Of a stretch of DNA of 64,000 nucleotides, positions 53,432-64,000 are shown one piece after another (within the stretch, counting starts at the first letter, position 1; each line of letters opens with the position of its first letter). The translations under genes were made by a program, and so were the position numbers. Origin of the DNA: Octopus vulgaris. Lineage: Eukaryota. The notes beneath the pieces were generated by a model. The model searched no databases and was not told the origin of the DNA. It worked only from the letters and a program-made list of their open reading frames with translations. The DNA lies in assembly GCA_951406725.2 (NCBI GenBank), contig OX597823.1:32240001-32304000 (forward strand), in the 5' to 3' direction.

Positions 53432-54245
53432 CTTCTTCTTGGCATCATTTTGCCAACAAAGATTAGGAAGGCTGTTGTCCACGTCATCTGCACACTCGTT
53501 CATGGCTGATAAGGCCGATGTGGGATCAACATATCCGATTGCAATGATGACAGGGGTATGGTTGTTCAGGGTCTGATGATGCAGCTGCATTGTTTTTCGC
53601 CTCTAATGTTTGTCTTCAAGAGAGGCACTGTGAGAGATCTCAAAGGAGGAAACAACATCACTGATGGTATGGTGCCAAGCGACGCGGTCAGCTGTTAGAG
53701 TGAACCACTCATGATAATCAATGTCACAAACGCTAAGGGACAGCTTCAGGCAGTCCTTGTAATGCTTCCTTGGTGCTCCCCTCTTGCGGTGGTCAGCGGT
53801 GAGCTCACCATACATGATGATCTTGGGTAGGTAGTGGTCTTTCATCCTATCAACATGCCCAGCTCAGCACAGTCATGTCTCAAGTAAAATGGCTTCCAGG
53901 CTGGTGACCTTTGCTCACTCAAAGACCTCAGCGTTGATGATGTAGTTGCTCCAGTAAATGTTGAGGATGGTACTGAGGCAGCATTGAGGAAAATGTTCAA
54001 GGAGCCTGAGATGACAGTTGTAGAAGACCCAGGACTCAGAGCCATATAGGAGCATTGTGAGAACGATGGCACTGAAGATGCTGACTTTTGTGCTGATCTT
54101 AAGATGCTTGTTGTTCCACACACACTTGTACAGTCTTCCAAATGCTTTGCAAGTGTGTTATCAATTTCTTTGTTGATACTCACATCTGATGAAATGGTAC
54201 ATCCAAGATAAGTGAACTGCTCTACTGACTTCAGTTCTGTTTCAG
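53432..54245 (-). mobile_element. RTE/BovB-type LINE 3' fragment
   Basis: VEQFTYLG, TKVSIFSAIVLTMLLYGSESW, LPKIIMYGEL..RKRGAPRKHYKDCLK and CHHCNRIC..HIGLISHERVC, with a (GAA)n tail. Confidence 0.92.
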
Positions 54246-54297
54246 CATATATGTTATATATATTATATTTTGGTATATATATTATATATATACACAT

Positions 54298-54589
54298 GGA
54301 GGCGCAATGACCCAGTGGTTAGGGCAGCGGACTCACGATCGTAGGATCACGGTTTCGATTCCCAGACCGGGCGTTGTGAGTGTTTATTGAGCAAAAACAC
54401 CTAAAGCTCCATGAGGCTCCGGCAGGGGGTGGTGGCGATCCCTGCTGTACTCTTTTACCAAAACTTTCTCTCACTCTTTCTTCTGTTAGCCTGCTCGCTT
54501 AGCCAGCGGGGTGGTGTCATTTGAAGGCTAAAACAATGCAAAGCGCATTGTGACCAGCGATGTGTAACAACATCTGATAGCCTGATCGA
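54298..54589 (+). mobile_element. tRNA-derived SINE (CpG-rich family)
   Basis: GGAGGCGCAATGACCCAGTGGTTAGGGCAGCGG..GGTTTCGATTCCCAGACC; second copy at 29467-29768. Confidence 0.85.
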
Positions 54590-55057
54590 AAGAAGAAAGA
54601 AGACGAAAGAATTATATATACACATGCACATGTGTATATGTCTAACAATACAAATATATGAGTATACATAACTGTGTGTATATGCATGTGTGTGTCTGTG
54701 TGTACACCTGGATCTCTCATTCATTATTTCCTTGTCAAGTTTATATTTGTTGTCCGCCCATCCTCTTTGATACTCCTTCTCTCTCTATGTCTCACTTTCC
54801 TGTTACTCATGCTTTTATTAATCATCTTTCCATCACTCATCTACTTTCTACTCACACTCTCTTCTATTTACTGTATTATTCTGAAAGTGTGATTTAATGA
54901 TGGTAAGTACCCCCAATACATCCTATCATGACCCCCTTCTGTACGACCCTCTTCTTCAAGCCAGTTATTGACTTCCATCATTCACACACGTCATTGTCCA
55001 CCTCTATTATGATCCCTCATTCTGTTCCTCTTTACTACTTTCTTACCCCAATTACTC

Positions 55058-55137
55058 AACAATGGCATAATGGTTAAGAGTGCGGGCTACTAACCCCATG
55101 ATTCCAAGTTTGATTCCAGGCAGTGACCTGGATAATG

Positions 55138-55198
<61 letters not shown>

Positions 55199-55361
55199 TA
55201 ATAATAATATCGAAAAATACCTTAGGAATGAGAACCCAAGGTTCAAAATTTCCCCCAAGATACCTGATGAAGGCTGGAGGGTATATCAGCCAAAATGTTG
55301 TGTTAACAATAAACAAGACAAGGACAAATATCCGTCAAATGTAAATAATGTACATAATGTA
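55058..55361 (+). mobile_element. Near-full tRNA-headed HHR-SINE with TSD
   Basis: TGGCATAATGG A box, AGTTTGATTCC B box, (AAT)n, then GATAC-CTGATGA(55264-55270)-A-GGCTG..CAGCC-AAAATGTT-GTGTT. TSD-like CCCAATTACTC (55047-55057) / CCCAGTTACTC (55362-55372). Confidence 0.87.
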
Positions 55362-56189
55362 CCCAGTTACTCTGTTTCTACCATCAAACTTCAGTCACAT
55401 ATCTTTGTTCTTCTATCACTGCTCCCCTTCCTATCCCCACCTCTCTCTCTCTCTTCTATTCATCTCTCTAACATGTTGCCTTGTATGAACCAACACATCA
55501 TAAAAGAGTAAGGATTCCTTATTCTTACAGGAAAGAAGGGAAGATCACTGGCACCATTAGCATGATAAAATGTACCCAGAAAATTCACTTAAGTGGTTGC
55601 TGAATGAGCGGGGACATTTTGGAGTCCAGAGGATCCTTTAATCTTGTCAAGGACATGACAATCTGTCTCCCTAGTTCTGGTGCCATAATAAAATGCACCC
55701 AGTACACTCTGCAGATTGGCTGGCATTAGGAAGAACATCCAACATAGAAACTAAGCTCAAAATGAAATGAACAAGTAAAATATGATCCTCTTACTCATCA
55801 AGGAGGAAGGTTTACTCTGAATAAGAACTGACTGTGCCATAATGACTCATCCGATTCATGACAGCACAGAAAGCAGATATAAAATGATGATATTGATACA
55901 CACACATACACTTGCATGGAACTACATCTTAGCCACTATTGTTTTAGGGTCTCAGCTATGGGTTATAGACTTGCCTCTGGAAGGTCACTTGCAGACATCC
56001 CAATGGACCAAGGGTAGATAAGGTCCTTCAAATCTTTAGCTGCTCATCTGAAACAAAGTGATCCATATAAATCCTGCATTCTCATGACTACTGGGCTCGT
56101 AATACTTGTTGCACTGGACCAGTACAAGTTTGAAGGAGAAAAGAGAGGGAATTTCTCATCACAAACCATGACCACAATAAAAGTATTCA

Positions 56190-56412
56190 TTGGCAGAAAC
56201 GTTAACACACCGGGCGAAATGCTTAGCAGTATTTCATCTGCCACTACGTTCTGAGTTCAAATTCCAGCGAGGTTGACTTTGCCTTTCATCCTTTCGGGGT
56301 TGATTAAATAAGTACCAGTTATGCACTGGGGTCGATATAATCGACTTAATCCGTTTGTCTGTCCTTGTTTGTACCCTCTGTGTGTAGCCCCTTGTGGGCA
56401 GTAAAGAAATAG
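56190..56412 (+). mobile_element. Near-full Deu/Nin-domain-like SINE
   Basis: TGGCAGAAACGTTA head, GAGTTCAAATTCC B box and GCCTTTCATCCTTTCGGGG domain. Confidence 0.85.
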
Positions 56413-57070
56413 GTTGCTCCGCAAACCAAGACACCAGCATCAACACCATCACACTTTCTTCAGAAGATCAACAGAAATAGGAAAAGAAGTGATAGGGACA
56501 CGTAGAGTGTGCTGCTGGAAGCCTTCAGCTTTGACTCTGCAAACAAGCAGTCAAATGGTGATGGTCATTTCTTATAGGCCCGGAAAACACTGAACACTGT
56601 GCAGCTTTGACTTGCAGAACTTGCATTCATCGATACAACAAGAGTCCACCACTACACACACACACACACACACACACACGCAGGCATACTTAGTTTAAGT
56701 CAGCCAACTTTGTTTATCTTTTCTTATCTTGGCTTAGAGCCAGGTTCCTAAGAAAGAATCTCAGCAGACAAAATTCTCTGACAGGAAACCTGAGGTATCA
56801 GTGATGAAAGATTGACCATAACTGGCATATTAAATATTTATGCACCATTCCAATCAAGGAAATGTGTACTCTTTCCTAACTTCATTACCACTAGCATAAT
56901 GTGTGTGTGTGTGTGTATCCAAGGGGACTAAATTTGTTTTAAGCATATTATTAATATGCTTGCTATTCACCTCATTAAACATGTTTTTTCATAAAAATGA
57001 ACTGCCACACATATATGTATATTTATGCATATGTATGTATGAATATGCATATATATATGTATATATATAT

Positions 57071-57263
57071 ATAGTGAGAATTTACAAAAAAAAGCAAAAT
57101 ATGAAGACTGGTGTGTAAACAACAAACAGGTGTATTAGTTTAATGCTCTGGAAGTGAGAAAGTCTTACGTTTCGAGCCTACGCTCTTCGACAGAAAGGAA
57201 CACAGAAATAAACAGGGAGAGAAAATAGAAAAAGGTTTAGTGGCTAGTGATCTATGATGGTGA

Positions 57264-57266
<3 letters not shown>
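57071..57266 (-). mobile_element. Short repeat family with an HHR-like motif (copy 2)
   Basis: Minus strand CCTTT-CTGTCGA-A-GAGC-GTAG-GCTC-GAAACGTA-AGAC at 57163-57198. Confidence 0.78.
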
Positions 57267-57318
<52 letters not shown>

Positions 57319-57625
57319 CATCATCATCATCATCATCATTTAACGTCCATTTTACATGCTGGCATGGGTTGAATGGTTCAATAGGGTTTGGGGAAGCCAG
57401 GAGGCTAAACCAGGCCCCAATCTGATCTAGCAGTGCTTCTACAGCTGGATGCCCTTCCTAACACCAACCACTCCGAGAATGTAATAGGTGCTTTTTATGT
57501 GCCACCGGCACAGGGGCCAAAGAAGCTGACATTGACCACGATTGGATGGTGCTTTTTATGTGCCACCAGCACGATGTTTATCAATTCATTTTGCAAGATT
57601 CTTGATGTGAAATGGCGTGTTTGAA

Positions 57626-57974
57626 ACATATTGTTGTATTTTGGGATGGTCATTTTATTTATAATTTTTTTTTTGCCAAATAAACACATGCACTATATAT
57701 ACATTTTTTTCTTCACTCATTTATTAGTGTTGTTATTTATTTTATATCCATTGTCAGGAAATCTTTCATCACACATCTGTGACCTCTTCAGCGACATTTT
57801 TCGTTTCCGTGTGTGTTCTTGCTCCACTTACTCCATAGAAGAACAGAATGGAGTGAGTGGAGCAAGAACACACACGGAAATGAAAAGTGCCTCAAAGGAG
57901 GTCACAGATGTGTGATGGGGAATTTCCGGACAATGGACATAAAATAAATAACAACAGTTATAAATGAGTGAAGG

Positions 57975-58028
<54 letters not shown>

Positions 58029-58087
58029 GTGTGCTTATTTGTCAAAAAAAAAATTATAAAATGACCATCCTGAAATACAGCAATATA
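57626..58087. repeat. Long inverted repeat (about 210-bp arms, about 11-nt spacer at 57837-57847)
   Basis: The arms pair from TGTATTTTGGGATGGTCATTTTA through CTTGCTCCACTTACTCCAT. A third partial arm lies at 60541-60608. Confidence 0.92.
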
Positions 58088-58888
58088 CATGTATATATGT
58101 GTATATATATATTTTTGTTTTCTTTTTTATATATACATTACCGGCGTACATACACTTTTGGTCTCTTATATGTAAGTACATACATATATATCTAAATTCT
58201 GTATGACTCTCTTATTCTTTCTTTCAGCCCCTTCACACTTACTTCGTTCCTTCCACTTTTCTTTTTCTCACTATCCCTCTCTCACATTTTCCCCTTCCCT
58301 TCATTTTCACTCTCACTCCTCTTTTACCTCACTTTGTCCCTTTTCTTTGTTTCTCGTCCCTCCCTAATTCTTGTATCTTTCTACCCCTACCTCTTTCCTC
58401 TCCTTTCACATGACCAGTATTCTGCCAAGCCTTACCTTTCTTTCTTGGTTTGACTACCATCCATGCAACATCTATATTCCTTCCCATGCCTGTCATCTCT
58501 TATGTCCTTGCCATAAGGCTTCACTTCCACACACGCCAGCTTAATTTAATTCGTCCTTAGTCGAAAGATACCTGTTGTTAATGTCCTGTTGTTTGTATTT
58601 GTATTTGTGTACCATTTCTCGTTTTTTTTATCATCCTTGTTTTCATATACTTTCACTTGCTTTCTTCCAAGGAATCTAGTGCTTTTAGCTTAGATTTTCT
58701 TGGGACTGGCCAGATTGGAGCAGTGTCGAGTATAACTGGCTGAAACTGCTGAGAAAATCTGGAACTCGATTGAAGACAGAAAACTCTGAATGACCTGTAC
58801 TTGTTTTTTTCCTGTCCTTTTTTGTATAACTGTTATGTTTTTGTTCCATTTTTTGTTTTCCTTTTATATGTGTGTACGTGTGTAGATT

Positions 58889-58925
<37 letters not shown>

Positions 58926-60222
58926 GTGTGTGTGTATAATGATAAAATAAACACAGGTTTGAACGTGGTACCCCTTTAGTACATCTATCACGTTTCAGTA
59001 TTCGGTAATTAAATGATGTCATGCTATGCAACTTATAAGTGCAGCATGCATAATTATTATTGATGTGGTCTTTATATTATGTTATATCTCTCCTAAAACT
59101 GCATTGAGCCCCTTAAGGATCACACCGCAACAGGATTTTAATGTGATTGTTAATAAGCACCACTACCTGAAAGGGAAACGTGCACTAAGCACATCCATTT
59201 TCCCTATATGTCAACTGGTATATGCAAATGAGAAAGTATTTAATTAAAATCTCATACACCAGATTTTTAATCAGCAAGGCAGTTATTCACATCAGTGACT
59301 GTTTTATTAATTTTTTTTTTACCATGTTAGAGATTAGACATTCTTGTCTGAGCAGGTGGTTGGCTCTAAATACATGCCATTAAAATGGCTCAAAAAAGAC
59401 CGAAATGTTTCTGGCACTTTTGCTGGCCACTGCCAAGATGAATTTTCTTCCCTTTCTTTGATATTTATTGTTGTAACACAGCAAATCCATAGGAGATGTT
59501 ATCTCAGTACAAATACTGCAGTAACTTGGCCTATCAACAGAGTGTATGGGGGAATATTTATTTATTTGTTTATCATAAACTTACAGATGTTTCTGATACG
59601 CATTATAGGTGCATTCATAGTTACACTCAAATGGTCAATTGACCGATTGAAGAAATTGAATCTCCTTAACAAATACCATCATCCTCAAAGTCTACACAAC
59701 AAGTGTCAAAATAAACAAAAACAAAAGTAAGAGGAAAGAAGAGAAAAGAAAAGAAAAAGAAAAAATAGAAGAGGAGAAAAAAAAAGAAGAGCAAGACAGA
59801 GTAGAACCAAGGAAATGAAAGAAGATGGAAATGAAACTGGTGAGTATTGTATCTATAAGGAAGTGATCCTTCTCTAGCGACCAGCCAAGGCCATTGTTAT
59901 CTGTTACCAAGATTGAATAGTATCAACAAAGGGTTTTGAAATTTGATCCTCACCACTTTCTCCAGTAATCAACTTTCGGCTAAATTTTATGATATTCTTT
60001 TATTCTTTTACCTGTTTCAGTCATTTGACTGCAGCCATGCTGGAGCACTGCCCTTAGTTGGGAAAGTCAACCCCAAAACTTATTCATTGTAAGCCTAGTA
60101 CTTATTTTATCGCTGTTTTTTTGCCGAACTGCTAAGTTACGGGGGTGTAAATGCACCAGCATCTGTTGTCAAGCAATGTTGGGGGGACAAACACAGACAC
60201 ACAAATATATATAATATATATA

Positions 60223-60276
<54 letters not shown>

Positions 60277-60477
60277 ATATATATATATATATATATATGT
60301 AAATATATATTTACATATATATATATATATATGTACATACATATATATATATATATGTACATATATATATATGCATACATATATATATATATATATATAA
60401 GAGAGAGAGAGAGAGAGAGATAGATAGATAGATAGATAAATAAATAGACAGAGAGATAGATAGATATATACGTACAT

Positions 60478-60541
<64 letters not shown>

Positions 60542-60629
60542 TTGTAGTTCGGGATGGTCATTTTATTTATTATTTTTTATTTTTTGCCAAATAAACACAC
60601 ATACTATATACTCTTTTACTCTTTTTTTT

Positions 60630-61020
60630 TTTTACTTGTTTCAGTCATTTGACCGCAGCCATGCTGGTGTACCACCTTTAGTCAAGCAAATCAACCCCAG
60701 AGCTTATTCTTTGTAAGCCTAGTACTTATTCTATCGGTCTCTCTTGCCGAACCGCTAAGTTATGGAGGTGTAAATACACCAGCATCAGTTGTCAAGCGAT
60801 GGTGGGGGGACAAACACAGACATACAACCACACACACACACACATATATATACACGATGGGATTCTTTCAGTTTCCATCTACCAGATCCACTCACAAGGC
60901 TTTTGTTGGCCTGAGGCTATAGTAGAAGGCACTTACCCAAGGTGCAACACTGTGGGACTGAACCTGGAACCATGTGGTTGGTAAGCAAGCTAATTACCCC
61001 ACAGCCACTCCTGTACCTAT
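60630..61020 (-). mobile_element. Full CORE-type SINE
   Basis: As 6916-7300; a tail-only copy lies at 60002-60205. Confidence 0.87.
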
Positions 61021-61437
61021 CTAGGTCATTTTTAATCAGATTACTACTACATAATGGCAGTTCTAGTATGTTGTTTAGGATGTTCTTATCTAAGATAGCT
61101 TGATATTTTTTCTCTCCTCTTGTTTTTTCTTTTCTCTTCACACTTCTTTCCACGGCTGTTTATATGATCTTTACTACTTGCTGTGTGAACTCTGAAGATG
61201 ATATTATTTGTTAAGTTCATTCAAATTTTTCAATTGGTCAATCAAGCAAGTGAGTAAACGGAACTGTGAGTGCACCTATAATGTATATCAGAAACGTCTA
61301 TAAGTCTGCAATGCACACATAAATAAACATGTAATGCCCATTATTTATGACTTATCTTGTATATGACTCAGTGAGAACATACCATATCAACTGGGAAATG
61401 CAACTATGGATTTATAAAGTCAACTGGGGATGGACTT

Positions 61438-61799
61438 CAACTTCGGATCTTACCTTAGGATTATCTGGAGTTCTATACCAATCTGAAAACCTTTTGTTAG
61501 CCTCGTGTATTTGTATTACTAGAAAGCTTAAGAAGTATTTTGCCCGGGTTTATAATTCCTTATTAATAACACTTTATTGTGATATATATATATATATTAA
61601 TATATACATACATACATACATACATACATACATGTAAGTATGTATATCACAATATATTAATAAAGAGTTATTATTAAGGGATTATGAATCCAAGCAAAAT
61701 ACTTCTTAAGCTTTCTCTTAATACAAGTACACGAGGCTAACAAGAGGTTTTCTGATTGGTTTAGAACTCCAGATAATCCTAAGGCAAGATCCAAAGTTG
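61438..61799. repeat. Inverted repeat (about 145-bp arms) around a microsatellite spacer
   Basis: CAACTTCGGATCTTACCTTAGGATTATCTGGAG.. pairs with ..CTCCAGATAATCCTAAGGCAAGATCCAAAGTTG. The ORF track shows the same peptide on both strands. Confidence 0.92.
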
Positions 61800-61949
61800 C
61801 AACTTCTACACACACACACACACACACACATACATACACACACACGAACACACACACATATGCATATTTGTATGTATGTACATATGTGTGTGTGTATGTG
61901 TATACACATGAATATATTTATATATATTCTTTTATTCCTTTATTCTTTT

Positions 61950-62350
61950 ATTCTTTTACTTTTATCAGTCATTTGACTGTGGCCATGCTGGAGCCCCGCC
62001 TTTAGTCAAACAAATCAACCTCAGAACTTCCTTGTAAGCCTAGTACTTATTCTATCAGTCTCTTTTGTCGAACTGCTAGGTTACTGGGACATAAACGCAC
62101 CAACATCGGTTGTCAAGCGATGGTGGGAGACAAACACAGACACACAAATATATACATATATACATGTATGTATATATATATATATATATACACGATGGGT
62201 TCTTTCAGTTTCCTTCTACCAAATCCACTCACAAGGCTTTGGTTGACCCGAGGCTATAGTAGAAGACACTTGCCCAAGGTCCCACGAAGTGGGACTGAAC
62301 CTAGAACTATGTGGTTGGGAAGCAAGTTTCTTACCACACGTCTGTGCCTA
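61950..62350 (-). mobile_element. Full CORE-type SINE
   Basis: As 6916-7300. Confidence 0.87.
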
Positions 62351-62750
62351 TGTATATATATATATACCACTACACTCTTGGAGTGGTTGGCGTTAAGGAG
62401 GGCATCCAACTGTAGAAACATTGCCAGATCAGATTGGAGCCTGGTGCAGCTGCTGGCTCTCCAGGCCTAAATCAAACCGTTCAACCCATGCCAGCATGGA
62501 AACGGATGTTAAATGATGATGATGATGAAGATGATATATATATATATATATGGTGCTTTATTTTGATTATATTTATATATAAATCAAAATAAAGAAAATG
62601 TTATACCTACATCATAGTTACATCAGAGTTACAACTATGATGTTGTAGGTACAACATGTTCTTTGTCTATCTCCTTAACTTATTGGAGATCTTAGGTAAA
62701 ATTATATTAATGTGTCCCTCTGTTCTAATTTAATTACATTCTATGTCTTT

Positions 62751-62844
62751 GTGCAGCTGAAGATTGCTCTACATTTTAAATTGATGTAATGAAATGATTG
62801 CATTGTTCAATTAAATGGAGTCGCATGAAACGATCGTACTGTAT
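62751..62844 (+). ncRNA. Type I hammerhead ribozyme with intact core and extended stem II
   Basis: Stem I GTGCAG/CTGTAT, CTGAAGA at 62757-62763, a 63-nt stem II region, GAAA at 62827-62830, palindromic ACGATCGT stem III and a GTA cleavage triplet ending at 62838. Confidence 0.75.
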
Positions 62845-62962
62845 TACCTCTGGATATCCTTGTTGCTTATTTTGATTTTAATCACCTTATTTTAAAATCG
62901 TATGGATAATACCATACTAAATTCTGGTGCCTCTATTTAAGTACCATATTCATCTGAATCTA

Positions 62963-63011
<49 letters not shown>

Positions 63012-63060
63012 CATACGTACATACATACATATGTATATAGATAGATAAGATAGACAGATA

Positions 63061-63123
<63 letters not shown>

Positions 63124-63125
63124 GA

Positions 63126-63231
<106 letters not shown>

Positions 63232-63753
63232 TATGATCTCAGAAACAGATACATATATCCCGTTAGTTCCTTCAGAAGAATGTGTGAACTAATGAGACCT
63301 CAAGAGGATTGGTATTTCCCTATATTGATAAGGGTAGGACTTGAAATTCCTCACAAAATCATAACAGAAAAATACATTCAGAATGAAGTTCCAGAAACTA
63401 TACATGTGTGTGTGTGTGTGTGTTAATATTGCCCTTACTGACTTTAATCTTCACAACTCTCCTTGCCCCTCACATTCCTCCCATACCAATACTGTTGGCA
63501 ATAGATTCTTTCATAATCCTAAACTCCCTAAAACTGTAATCACTTCCCCATATCCATGACCAACATAACACACACTTCATATTTTCTACCCACAACCCCA
63601 GATTTTTGTAAACTACCACTATTCCAACATGTATCGGGTTACCTCATCATTGACTAACCAAGACCACACACTAGATATTCATTCATAATCTCCATAATTG
63701 TACTGGAATTTTACACTAAATATTTCTACCAGAAAATTTACCTCAAGCCTGAC

Positions 63754-63905
63754 CAGGGCCAATTCAAGGTACCAATAACTCGGGCAGATGTCTGTGGTGC
63801 TATGTGCTAGGGGGCACCAAGTAGGGCATGACAAAAACAAGGAAATTGTTGGAAATGTTGAAGCTCAGCTTGCCTGGGGCGCTAGCAATCCTAGGGCCAG
63901 CCCTG
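63754..63905. mobile_element. hAT-type MITE
   Basis: Ends CAGGGC..GCCCTG; 8-bp TSD AGCCTGAC (63746-63753) / AGCCTGGC (63906-63913). Confidence 0.8.
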
Positions 63906-64000
63906 AGCCTGGCACACCTGAAACAGCTAAGTAACTAGAAAGATCTTCTAAAGCATGTCACTTCATATCCCTTACACAAAACTCACAAATTTATGCCCAA

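Noticed and set aside
54298-54372. tRNA gene (also 55062-55130 and 29697-29768)
   Set aside because: There is no complete cloverleaf or acceptor stem and the sequence continues into a SINE body, so these are SINE heads.
58725-58795. GAAAC..(C/T)TGAAGA motif as a permuted hammerhead (homologue near 18260-18310)
   Set aside because: The flanks needed for stem II do not pair and no NUH site with stems I/III could be built.
63460-63740. Possible Penelope RT C-terminal remnant (also 40880-40960)
   Set aside because: Only fragmentary peptide resemblance across frameshifts, too weak to call.

Overview
This is eukaryotic, AT-rich, microsatellite-saturated DNA. The SINE families and repeat style suggest a coleoid cephalopod, probably Octopus (inference, no search run). 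Almost the whole window is intronic or intergenic, and most ORFs in the track are microsatellite artefacts. Only one credible host exon was found (37368-37550, +, 183 nt, AG/GT boundaries, product unrecognised). The rest is decayed mobile DNA: an internally deleted Ty3/gypsy LTR element, several RTE-clade LINE pieces (one with a PHD-like finger inside the RT, one with a twin-priming-like inversion), CR1/L2-group LINE pieces, two hAT elements with 8-bp TSDs, at least four tRNA-derived SINE families and Penelope-like (PLE) endonuclease remnants. The most notable signal is a set of type I minimal hammerhead ribozyme (HHR) motifs in up to five unrelated repeat families. One is a tRNA-headed SINE with an HHR tail (6 copies, TSDs, inverted dimers). 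Another HHR, at 62751-62844, has an intact catalytic core and a long stem II. Together they point to a PLE-driven, ribozyme-bearing non-autonomous element system. All structures were folded by eye and element boundaries are approximate.
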